Part shown: positions 27,900-36,851 of the stretch, piece after piece
Layout: each line of letters starts with the position of its first letter
How positions within the stretch are numbered: the first letter of the stretch is position 1
Source: Chitinivibrionales bacterium
GTDB lineage: Bacteria > Fibrobacterota > Chitinivibrionia > Chitinivibrionales > WJKA01
Reading direction: 5' to 3'
Length of the DNA: 41,244 nucleotides
Assembly: GCA_038247415.1 (NCBI GenBank)
Contig: JBBRUX010000035.1
Location: 1 to 41,244 of the forward strand
Notes under the pieces: generated by a model
Seen by the model: the letters and a program-made list of their open reading frames with translations, nothing else
Told to the model about the DNA's origin: nothing
The model's database searches: none
Translations under genes and position numbers: made by a program

Positions 27900-29024
27900 T
27901 TAAGGCGTATCAATTTCATTAAGCATTTGCTCGAGGGTATCCATTTTTTCTTGAACAGCGGCTCGCTCTTTAACCAGCTTTTCATTTTCTGCAGAAAAGT
28001 CGAATGTTTCTCTTTTTCCCGAAATCGTATCGAGGTCCAGATGCAATGTTTCGAAATATTCCTTTGTATGCACATCTTTTCCAGCAGTTGCTGCCCGGAT
28101 TGTTTTTTCCCGCTCCATAAAAACAAGGCTTCGAATGGCTTCGGTATTTGTTTCCCGATAATACACGGGCGCCTCGATGCGAATGCCAAGCCCAATTAAA
28201 TCGGGCGTTAAGGGCTTTGACGTTTTAAGAAATTGTACCAGCGCAAATTTTATAGAACCCACAATGCTAAATCGATCCCGCAGCCGATATCGCCCTCCGG
28301 GGCCAATCCAGACATATCCTTGTGTAAATCCATTATCTCCCACCATACCATTAAGCCGTGTTGGTTTTTCTTTATAGAGTCCTACTCCGCCATCAACAAA
28401 AAAAGAATGTTTATAGAGCCGAGCTTCTAAACCACCTTTGATCGCTAATTGACTATATCGAAACAGTAGGGTTGGCTGATCTGCAAACCCTACCGATATA
28501 TACGCTTTAAGAGGCAAACTAGGAATCCGAGCTATCACATCGCAATCAGCTGTAATAGACGGAAAAAAGAATGGACTAAACTCGGGCTTGCTGGTATCGG
28601 ATGTTGCACTTATCGTATCAGCGGTTGTAGACAAAAAGAGATCCCCAGCCAGCGAAACACCAAAAAGTCGTAAATTATCATTTTTAGGAAGCGTAACCGT
28701 AACATGAGCCTCAACCGGGCCAAGACCTCGCTTACCAATGAGTTGCAATTGAGCAGAACCTTGCAAGATCGATCCAACGCCAATGATGCCGCCTATTACA
28801 GGATTGAATGTAAACCCCCCGAGCGAATACCATGTTCCCCCTGATGCGTACGCAGTAATGTTCCCGCTACCAATCACGTTGCTTCCGGGCACATAAAAGG
28901 TGCCTTCTTCACGTCCGCGCGCAACCGTTGACGCCAGAACATCTGATGCAATCCATGCTGTCGCCAATCCCAGAAATAGACTCTGGAACAGTGATCGTCT
29001 GTTACCTAAGAAGCATTCCTTCAC
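27900..29024 (-). CDS. Probable outer-membrane beta-barrel protein with C-terminal coiled coil (paralog 1)
   Basis: GTG start overlapping the HTH stop (GTGA); signal peptide; amphipathic strands; shares motifs with 26579..27868. Confidence 0.65.
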   Translation of the reverse strand: MKECFLGNRRSLFQSLFLGLATAWIASDVLASTVARGREEGTFYVPGSNVIGSGNITAYASGGTWYSLGGFTFNPVIGGIIGVGSILQGSAQLQLIGKRGLGPVEAHVTVTLPKNDNLRLFGVSLAGDLFLSTTADTISATSDTSKPEFSPFFFPSITADCDVIARIPSLPLKAYISVGFADQPTLLFRYSQLAIKGGLEARLYKHSFFVDGGVGLYKEKPTRLNGMVGDNGFTQGYVWIGPGGRYRLRDRFSIVGSIKFALVQFLKTSKPLTPDLIGLGIRIEAPVYYRETNTEAIRSLVFMEREKTIRAATAGKDVHTKEYFETLHLDLDTISGKRETFDFSAENEKLVKERAAVQEKMDTLEQMLNEIDTP

Positions 29025-29269
29025 GAAGCAACCCTTTGTGCCGATATAACGATTGGAATAAGAGTAGTCTCGTTAAATCGACGACCTGCTTTACGAAGCT
29101 CCCGTTTGTGCATGCGAAGTCGCTCGATGTCGATATCGGAAAAAAGTCTCCACCCACTCTGGTTGCGAAGATCGGAAAGTGGGATGTCGGGATCGGAAGT
29201 CCAACGCTTAAGCGTTGAAATCGATACGCGAAGTTTTCGGGCTACTTGCCCGCTTGTCGAATACTGCAT
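29021..29269 (-). CDS. Small MerR-family (BldC/Xis-like) winged-HTH DNA-binding protein
   Basis: STSGQVARKLRVSISTLKRW...RNQSGWRLFSDIDIERLR; GAGGAG RBS; no effector domain. Confidence 0.85.
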   Translation of the reverse strand: MQYSTSGQVARKLRVSISTLKRWTSDPDIPLSDLRNQSGWRLFSDIDIERLRMHKRELRKAGRRFNETTLIPIVISAQRVAS

Positions 29270-29322
29270 CTTTAGCTCCTCTACTCAAAACAGGCGTAAA
29301 ATGAACGAAACTTTAGCTTTGT

Positions 29323-29359
29323 ACTATATAGTGTAGTCGTGCTTATTCAGACCACTCAA
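29323..29359 (-). promoter_or_regulatory. Putative sigma70 promoter of the HTH-led operon with overlapping palindrome
   Basis: Minus strand TTGAGT-18bp-TACACT; perfect palindrome ACTATATAGT at 29323-29332 overlaps the -10/+1 region. Confidence 0.4.
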
Positions 29360-29554
29360 TACTGTACCTATCTTACTCATTGATTTACATAGCGTTAAGG
29401 CATCCACGTATCAGACCAAAAAACTAGCTTCTAACCCTCTTATTGTACCGTTTCGCTCTCGATTATTCAAATACTCCGCTTCCCTCTTTCGATAAACACC
29501 AAGCGAGCCGGTATCCAAAACCGCCCTTTTTTAAGAGATAATCCTATCTATTCG

Positions 29555-29583
29555 TTGACTTACCTATGCCTAGGATTTATTTT
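29555..29583 (+). promoter_or_regulatory. Putative sigma70 promoter of the tRNA gene
   Basis: TTGACT-17bp-TATTTT, about 20 bp upstream of the tRNA. Confidence 0.55.
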
Positions 29584-29601
29584 ATCGCAGGTAAAAAATA
29601 C

Positions 29602-29675
29602 GCGGCCATAGCTCAATTGGATAGAGCATCTGACTACGAATCAGAAGGTTAGGGGTTCAAGTCCCTTTGGCCGCA
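29602..29675 (+). tRNA. tRNA-Arg (anticodon ACG), CCA not encoded
   Basis: Acceptor stem GCGGCCA/TGGCCGC, D-arm GCTC..GAGC, anticodon arm TCTGA ctACGaa TCAGA, T-loop GGTTCAAGTCC. Confidence 0.97.
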
Positions 29676-29683
29676 TACTTCTT

Positions 29684-29729
29684 AAAGCCCTGTATCTCTT
29701 CAAAAAAAGAATGCGGGGCTTTCTTTTTT
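29684..29729 (+). terminator. Intrinsic terminator after tRNA-Arg
   Basis: AAAGCCCTGTAT...ATGCGGGGCTTT hairpin (with G-U pairs) followed by a T tract. Confidence 0.7.
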
Positions 29730-29865
29730 GATGTCTTTTTACTTCGAGCACTACAATTCTTGTACATTTCGACCGAAACGACAGATTTGCTGGAATAAGC
29801 CAGACTCCACGCTACGGCACCTGCTGCTCAAAGCTCTTTGCCGCAACCCATTAAAGGCCTATGTC

Positions 29866-31455
29866 ATGCTCCGTATTTCTAACATTGCATTGCCTCTGGA
29901 CTACACCACAGAAACCATGCTGGAACGGGCAGTTCAAAAGCTGCACATTGATTCAGCCGAAATTCTTGATATAACACTTTCATCCCGAAAACTTGACACA
30001 ACTGATAAAGCTCATTTCTTTTTCAACGCTTCGTTTCTTGTATCAATTCAAGGCGATGAACTCCAACTTCTCTCTCGTGTAAAAGACAAAACCATAACAC
30101 GCGAGGTATCTCGGCCCTATAGCCTTAGCTCTAAAAACAAACTTGACTATCAACCGATTATTGTCGGATGCGGACCGGCAGGCATGTTTGCAGCGCTTGT
30201 TCTTGCAGAAGCAGGGGCCTGCCCGATTTTGATTGAGCAAGGAGAAGATGTTGAGAAGCGTAAACGTAAAGTCGATCATTTCTGGAGAACGGGAATTCTT
30301 GACACAACATCTAATGTTCAATATGGGGAAGGTGGCGCGGGGACATTTTCAGATGGGAAATTGAAAGTTGGGCTTCGTGATGCGCGTAAGTGCAAGATTC
30401 TTTTGGAAATGGTTGAAGCCGGTGCCCCCGATGAAATACTTTTTAGCGACACACCACATCTTGGAACCGATACACTTTTTAATGTTGTAAAGAATATCCG
30501 CACAAAGATCCAAGCTCTTGGTGGAGAAATTCGCTTTTCGACAACATTTACCGATATCATCCGTGAACATGACCATATTGCCGGCGTTCGCGCTCAAAGC
30601 GAAACATGCCATTTCGAACTGCCCACACAATCTCTTATTCTTGCAATTGGCAACAGTGCACGCACCACTTTTGAACACCTTCATGCACACGGCATTCTCA
30701 TGGAACAGAGGCCCTTCGCCATTGGCGTAAGGATCGAACATCCACAAGCTTTAATCAATTCTATACAACATGGTACATTTGCAGGGCACCCGTGCCTTGG
30801 TGCAGCTAGCTATCGCATGGTAGTTCATTTACAAAACAAACGAGGGGTTTATACCTTTTGCATGTGTCCGGGCGGGGTGGTTGTAGCTTCAGCATCAGAA
30901 GAGAATCAGGTTGTTACCAATGGCATGAGTCTCTTTGCACGAGATGGAAAGAATGCCAACACCGCCCTTCTTGTTACGGTTGACAAAAACGATCTTGGAA
31001 GCGATCATCCCCTTGCTGGAATTGCATTCCAGCGCAGTATCGAGCGGGCTGCATTTAATGCTGGCGGGGGCGACTTTTACGCACCGGTACAACGGCTCGA
31101 AGACTTTATGCATAAGCGTCAATCCAATTTCTTCGGAACTCTAACGCCTACCTATCTTCCAGGAACCCGCTTTTCAGAAGTGGATTCCTATTTTCCTTCA
31201 AAAATTGCGGACTCACTACGCCAAGCAATTACTGAAATGGGCGAATGGATGCCCGGTTTTGCCTTCCCAAACGCCCTCTTAACCGGAGCAGAAACACGAA
31301 CATCATCACCCGTGCGCATCACCCGCAACGACAACCTCCAAGCCATTGGCATCAAGGGTCTTTACCCATGCGGAGAAGGAGCAGGATACTCTGGCGGCAT
31401 ACTCTCCGCTGCGGTGGATGGGATGAAATGTGCGGAGAAGATACTTGGGAATTGA
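29866..31455 (+). CDS. FAD-dependent oxidoreductase (COG2509-type)
   Basis: VGCGPAGMFAA, SNVQYGEGGAGTFSDGKL, YTFCMCPGG, ETRTSSPVRI, GEGAGYSGGI. Start set at MLRI. Confidence 0.9.
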   Translation: MLRISNIALPLDYTTETMLERAVQKLHIDSAEILDITLSSRKLDTTDKAHFFFNASFLVSIQGDELQLLSRVKDKTITREVSRPYSLSSKNKLDYQPIIVGCGPAGMFAALVLAEAGACPILIEQGEDVEKRKRKVDHFWRTGILDTTSNVQYGEGGAGTFSDGKLKVGLRDARKCKILLEMVEAGAPDEILFSDTPHLGTDTLFNVVKNIRTKIQALGGEIRFSTTFTDIIREHDHIAGVRAQSETCHFELPTQSLILAIGNSARTTFEHLHAHGILMEQRPFAIGVRIEHPQALINSIQHGTFAGHPCLGAASYRMVVHLQNKRGVYTFCMCPGGVVVASASEENQVVTNGMSLFARDGKNANTALLVTVDKNDLGSDHPLAGIAFQRSIERAAFNAGGGDFYAPVQRLEDFMHKRQSNFFGTLTPTYLPGTRFSEVDSYFPSKIADSLRQAITEMGEWMPGFAFPNALLTGAETRTSSPVRITRNDNLQAIGIKGLYPCGEGAGYSGGILSAAVDGMKCAEKILGN

Positions 31456-32352
31456 TAAAGGATTAAATTCAGTAGAGTGTGGTTGATTCTATTTAGTACT
31501 ATGTCGGCAAAAAGAAAACCTTCAAGAGGAATTTATTCAATCGCCTTATATGCTTATAAAGCGGTGAAATTCGAACTAGAAATATTCTAGTCGTTTTTGT
31601 TCATTGCTTTCCTTGGTATCCTGGAGTAAGTGTTATGATTGACTTTGCCACTAAAATCAATTTTCAATCGAAGATCAGGCAGACCGGCTAGTATCCCGCG
31701 GGCTTATTTCCGACAAAAAGCACCTTATCTCAATCCTTTCAGATATCAGTTATTGCCGTTTATCGGGTTATCTATTTCCTTGTCGTCAGGCTAATTCTGA
31801 AAATTTCGAACCCGGGACGATCATTATAAATTATGCGAAAGAAAGAATGATTAGTTCACTCTTTGTTGCGCCAAGACTTTTTATAGTCGTACCCTTAAAA
31901 ACCGACTCTACAGAATTTTAAGAATCAATGCATTTAGGAATTGACATATCGGTTTTACTGAGATCTCCTGACTTTTAGAAATTTTATTGATTCAAAATTA
32001 AAGGGCACACGTCGTGCCCCTCAACCTTAATTTACTGCGCAGCAAGTTCTGGGGCCGTTGCACTACGATGGGTAAGCATATGCATGGTTATAGATAAGAG
32101 GCGTGTGAGTTTCATAGGATTAAAAAGGCTTTTTTTTGTTTTGGCTAATGATTTTGGTTTTAAAATACGATTTTGCCACTATCACATATCTTATGCTGGG
32201 ATATTTATCCCTTTAGCAACAAAAGAAAGTGCAGAGATTGTTGATAAGTTTTTTACTGAGGGGGGGTATTAGGGAATAAACCAAGGGCACAGACACAAGC
32301 TCAGAATGCCTACCTTAATTGTCAATAATAATGCTCTTTAAAATTCTTCTTG

Positions 32353-33235
32353 CTAGGGTCTGATAGCCTCAAGAAAATCTTCTATAGTTCCAACCACAAT
32401 CTCCTTGCCACTAGGATACGAGCGGTCTACTGGGGCGATAATCCAAGCTTTCGTTATTCCTAAATAGTCAATTGGACTCCAAAATCCTTTGGGGACCACA
32501 GGAGAAGATGAAGCTTTACATTAAACAGCAATCTGCTCCCTGCCATTATCAAGAATCAGATCTATTTCTTCTCCCTGATGTGAACGATAAAAATATGGCC
32601 TCCACTTCGAAAGAATGCCCGGGGCCGAAAGTATCTGCTCTATTGCGAAGGATTCCCAAGAGTGCATGAAGCAAACCAACATCGCGAAATAATACCTTCG
32701 GCGATTTTACCATTCGTTTTTTAAGATTGTTTTCAAAGGGTTGAAGTATCCGTATCATAAAGGTATCTACGAGGATATCCAGATAATAAGTACCTGTTGG
32801 ATGGGTAATACCAAGCGATTCGCCACATTTCGATTTATTAAATACGTCGGCATTTACATGTGCAAGCATCATCCAAAATCGATTTACATGAGATGAAGCA
32901 ATCCGAAACCATAGCACGTTTAAAAAATCCGGCAACTCCTTAACTTCGGTAGTATTAATAGGAGTTTATTCAAGATATCGAATCCGCCCTGCCAAACTCT
33001 CACTTGTCTGCCTCAGCAAATGGGGAGAAGCTGATCCAAGCACTATAAACCTACCGCTTTTATCGAGTTGATCAACCTCATACCTGATACTTGCGAAAAG
33101 ACCGGGCATACGCTGAACTTCATGAATACAAATTGTTGCATCACGGTGAATTTTAAAAAATGTTTGTGCATCTTCCATCGCCCTAAGATCATTTGAATTT
33201 TCCATATCTCGGAGTATTTTCATGGTCATAACCAC
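32353..33235 (-). pseudogene. Degraded AAA_14 ATPase + DUF4143 gene
   Basis: Fragments IHEVQR...FIVLGSAS..LLRQTSESLAGRI*, RMVKSPKVLFRDVGLLHALL, and in another frame YFYRSHQGEEIDLILD..IAV*CKASSSP; Walker A missing, frameshifts and in-frame TAA stops. Confidence 0.85.
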
Positions 33236-33652
33236 TTATAATTGAATGCGTTACGAAAACTTATGAAAATTGAAAGGCAGTCTTTCAATTTGCATAATAT
33301 AGTTTATATCCTTTTACAAAAGAATGCCATTATTTATAATAAACGAAGGTCGTTGTACTTAAGACGCCCTATAAAGTCTTGGATTTAATTGACATTAAAA
33401 AGTAGACTCTATTGTAAAATAGGATAGAGACATGTAAAGGTAGCGGGATTATTGTACTTGACTTAATCTGTAATACACTCAGTGCGACTCATAGCAAGAA
33501 ACAGCCAGATTGCCTGTAAACCATCTTGAATTGCTCTTAATCCTCGAGGGAGTTTTTAAAGGTCATATACGGGATGCGCCACCAGCATTTTCAACCAATG
33601 CAAGTATATGCACTATTTTTCAACCTATCGACAAAAATTGCAGATATGCGGT

Positions 33653-33865
33653 TTACCCGCCAATAGCCTTTTTAACAATTGCCGATCCAAAAAAACTTGC
33701 CAACTTTACTCTGGCACTCGTATGGGCAACCAGATCTGTAAAGCCATCGTTTTTAATTGCTTCGTACAAACGATCGTAGCAGGCTTGTATTGCTTTACAG
33801 GTATGATTTTTTAAAGTAATAGAATTCCAGGTGCTGGAAACAATAGAATTGACTCGTTCATTCAT
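33653..33865 (-). CDS. Short hypothetical ORF, possibly a gene remnant
   Basis: GAGGGG RBS before MNERVNS; no recognisable motif. Confidence 0.3.
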   Translation of the reverse strand: MNERVNSIVSSTWNSITLKNHTCKAIQACYDRLYEAIKNDGFTDLVAHTSARVKLASFFGSAIVKKAIGG

Positions 33866-34186
33866 TTTAATACCCCTCATTTAAAAATACAAAGTGCCCC
33901 AGAGCACTAGCAAAATTTCTCATGGATAGCATACAAAAAATAACATCGTACTATGAGGCAACCGTGAGGCATTTGTTAGAATCGTGTAAGGGCTACATTT
34001 CTACCCATTCATTAGACAATAGCCTTTTCTGAATACGCTCCAAAAATCTGCTCAAATACGGTGTATTTTCCAATATCGCTTTCTGTTATTACTATTTTAT
34101 ACTGATTACACAGAATTTTTTTGAGATAACCTCAATCAACCTATTAATACAGCTATTATCTACCATCTACCCTCAGGAGCTCTCCC

Positions 34187-36385
34187 ATGACCGCCAATAC
34201 CCGTCTCCCCATCGCATCCGATGACGAATACGTCGTTGTTAAAGATGGTCACATAACTCTTGCTGGAAAGCGGGTACGCTATTGGGGAGCAATCGGGACA
34301 TTTCCTGCAACAAGCTACGAGGCCAACAGTGCAGCGGTAACCCGCATCAAGGCTCTCGGATTTAATATGATCCGCCACTGGCAATCGCCACAGCCTTATA
34401 CGCTGGGTGATAAATCTCCTGGCGACCTTAACGATCATTTTCTCCTGTGCTGCAAAGAAGCTGGGCTTAAGATCTGGTACGCAGGATTAAACCGGGTTGG
34501 AGTTTTGGATCCGTCGCTCGTTTCTCTTGTTGACGAACCAGAAACTGCTCAACAATGGCACGATGCGATTGCCACTATGTCAAATAAAAGCGTACGCGAT
34601 AATGCAGCCCGATACTGGGACTCCCGAATTTCGGCCGTTGCCATAACCCGCATGAAAGAAATTCTGGAACATGTAAATGCTCACACAGGATTTCGCTATG
34701 CCGATGATCCCCTGTTTGCAGTGTGGGAACTCACCAATGAAGAGTGGTGGTTTCACCGGGTTAAAAGAGGAGACTTTGGTCACCTTCCACCATTTATCAT
34801 GAGCAGCTTTTTTGGCCTCTGGAATAATTTTCTTCTCACAAAATATGGTTCCCACGAAGCCATGGCCGCAGCCTGGATCGGCAACCTGCTTCCCGAGGAA
34901 TCTCTTAACAAAAAGAATATATTTCTGCTTCCACTTTTAGGTGATATCCGTGACGATCAAGCATCTGCGCTCGGGGTTGGCTATGCTGCTGTTGGCCAAA
35001 AACAGGTATACGAAAAAAGCCTCTTTAACGAACGACGTGGAGCAGATGTTATAGAATTTCTTTTGTCTATCTGGATAAACGGCAAACAAAAAGAAGCAGA
35101 TGTTGTTAAATCTATGGGCGAAAGCACCCGTAAATGCCCTCTGGTATGGGACACCGGGATCGGCTATGATATGCAAACACAATTTATGCAACAACACGCC
35201 GACGCAATTTCGCATGATTCCTATTTTAACGCTCCCTTCCAGCTCGATCCCCATCACAAACGTTTTCCGTGGATGAGCCAGCTCGAAGAATTGCCAAAAG
35301 TATGCTGGGATAAACCCTGGCTCGAACAAAACCGCTTTGAAGGCAAACCCTTCTTTGTTTACGAAACACAAATTATGCAGCCTGCAAAGTATCGCGCCGA
35401 ATACCCTATGCTTATTGCCCGAATTGGTGCACTACAAGATTGGGATATTGTGTGCTGGCACTATTGGGGACACCCTCTCGACATAACTCAAACTACACAC
35501 TACGATGCCCCCATGGATTATGTCTCTAAAAATCATTATCCTCTTGGGTATCATTATCAATTTGACGAAGTGCAACAAGCAAGCATGACTATGGCAGGAG
35601 AAATTTTTAAGAATGGTCTTTTAGCACCTGCAGCAACACCCACCCACATTATTTTTGGAAAAAAGAGTCTTCATTCGTGGTCGATGAATGAATATGGTGA
35701 AATTGGCCAAACATTTCTGCCAACAACCTACCGCCATGGTGTTCGGTTGCTTATCGATCCCTCTCGGCCCGATGACGAAATTAAAGGACCGCATTATCAT
35801 GGACGCGGAATTTATGAACCATGCCCCATTGTAGCCACTCCCGAAATCATCCACGATTGGCAAAAGGGCTATCTTATTTTTGACAGCCCTTCCACCGTGA
35901 TGTTTACAGGCTTTTTTGCAAATCTCGGCGATAGTCTCGAATTTCAAAACGGCACAAAACTTTCCCATGTTGCCATTCACAACCCAGAAACAATGTGTTA
36001 TCCTGTTACCGAAGACGAAAAATTCATTTCCTTTTGCGCAGCAAGTCAAGATGGTTTACCTCTTGCCACATCAAAAAAGATATGCCTGGCACTTGTGTCG
36101 ACGAGTTTCAACGAAGGATTTGCGATAGACGAAAATAAGCACGGAACTCGCCCTTTTCATCCAGTTGCAGAATGGTATTGGGATATGGATTCATTGGCAC
36201 TTTCATCGATGGGGAAACCACTCGTTGCGCGCGTTAAGGCAACACTCACAGGATCGTGGCTAGCAGGCATGAAATACCAACTGCTCGATTTTCAAATGAA
36301 GAGTATTCGCAAAGGAACGTGCGGAAGTGGAACACTGCGGATCCCAAACGATGTTCCCGTCTTTTTAATTTACTTAACACGATAA
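34187..36385 (+). CDS. Clan GH-A (GH5-like) glycoside hydrolase, no signal peptide
   Basis: KDGH..GKRVRYWG, GFNMIRH, HVNAHTG..YADDP..AVWELTNE (acid/base), KPFFVYET (nucleophile), QDWD; AGGAG RBS. Confidence 0.75.
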   Translation: MTANTRLPIASDDEYVVVKDGHITLAGKRVRYWGAIGTFPATSYEANSAAVTRIKALGFNMIRHWQSPQPYTLGDKSPGDLNDHFLLCCKEAGLKIWYAGLNRVGVLDPSLVSLVDEPETAQQWHDAIATMSNKSVRDNAARYWDSRISAVAITRMKEILEHVNAHTGFRYADDPLFAVWELTNEEWWFHRVKRGDFGHLPPFIMSSFFGLWNNFLLTKYGSHEAMAAAWIGNLLPEESLNKKNIFLLPLLGDIRDDQASALGVGYAAVGQKQVYEKSLFNERRGADVIEFLLSIWINGKQKEADVVKSMGESTRKCPLVWDTGIGYDMQTQFMQQHADAISHDSYFNAPFQLDPHHKRFPWMSQLEELPKVCWDKPWLEQNRFEGKPFFVYETQIMQPAKYRAEYPMLIARIGALQDWDIVCWHYWGHPLDITQTTHYDAPMDYVSKNHYPLGYHYQFDEVQQASMTMAGEIFKNGLLAPAATPTHIIFGKKSLHSWSMNEYGEIGQTFLPTTYRHGVRLLIDPSRPDDEIKGPHYHGRGIYEPCPIVATPEIIHDWQKGYLIFDSPSTVMFTGFFANLGDSLEFQNGTKLSHVAIHNPETMCYPVTEDEKFISFCAASQDGLPLATSKKICLALVSTSFNEGFAIDENKHGTRPFHPVAEWYWDMDSLALSSMGKPLVARVKATLTGSWLAGMKYQLLDFQMKSIRKGTCGSGTLRIPNDVPVFLIYLTR

Positions 36386-36398
36386 GCATCACGATACG

Positions 36399-36436
36399 CG
36401 CTCATTTTTGCAAATCCTGCAAGAATGAGCGGTTTT
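36399..36436 (+). terminator. Hairpin terminator between the convergent GH and STAS genes
   Basis: CGCTCATTTTTGCA aatcc TGCAAGAATGAGCG followed by GTTTT. Confidence 0.65.
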
Positions 36437-36437
36437 A

Positions 36438-36851
36438 CTACTCGATTGGATTATTACTACCAAAAGCTTTTACATACGCAATGGCATCGGCAACAGTTGG
36501 CTGCAAAGCGCTGCCAATGGCACCTGAGAGTCCGATAATATCAAAAAGATTGCGAACTTCTGCGCTTGGGTCGGCAGGAAGAACAAGAGCCATCTGAATC
36601 GCTTTTCCTTCTTTGCATTTTTTCCAGCATTGCGCAGTTGCCCCAAGACCATCGCTTGACACATACTCACACAATCCAAGATCAAGCACACATCGAGTAA
36701 TTGCTTTTTCCTGTAAATCAAGGAAATCACTTGTTAAAGCAGCCGATTCTTTTTTCTGAAAAATATGTGAGGGAAACCGAAGAACTGCAACACCATCCTG
36801 CATGGTTATTTCGATATCTCCAGTATGCGGGCCTGTCGAATTACTCGACAT
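36438..36851 (-). CDS. STAS-domain anti-sigma-factor antagonist
   Basis: VLDLGLCEYVSSDGLG (phospho-Ser motif), VRNLFDIIGL. Start 36851 or 36803. Confidence 0.8.
   Translation of the reverse strand: MSSNSTGPHTGDIEITMQDGVAVLRFPSHIFQKKESAALTSDFLDLQEKAITRCVLDLGLCEYVSSDGLGATAQCWKKCKEGKAIQMALVLPADPSAEVRNLFDIIGLSGAIGSALQPTVADAIAYVKAFGSNNPIE

Noticed and set aside
27869..28195. Apparent 109-aa N-terminal extension of ORF 26579..28195 overlapping the upstream gene
   Set aside because: An RBS, ATG and signal peptide at 27868 give a normal non-overlapping start. Similar over-extensions were trimmed for ahpC, ptsI, trpE, trpG, the TPR lipoprotein and the COG2509 gene.
29320..29336. NrdR box
   Set aside because: Core is CTATATAG, two bases shorter than the NrdR consensus core, and no nrd genes are nearby.
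29021..29675. Excisionase plus tRNA as a prophage/ICE boundary
   Set aside because: No integrase or att duplication seen; the HTH lies on the 5' side of the tRNA and is coupled to the envelope operon.
31800..31825. tRNA T-arm-like string (minus strand GTCCCGGGTTCGAA)
   Set aside because: No T-stem closure, acceptor stem or anticodon arm can be built.
32521..32968. Stop-codon readthrough or alternative genetic code in the AAA gene
   Set aside because: Stops are TAA and come with frameshifts and deletions; all other genes read normally in code 11.
33340..33455. c-di-GMP-I riboswitch suggested by GGTAGCGGG
   Set aside because: The upstream GGCAAAC/GAAA/GACGCAAA elements are absent.
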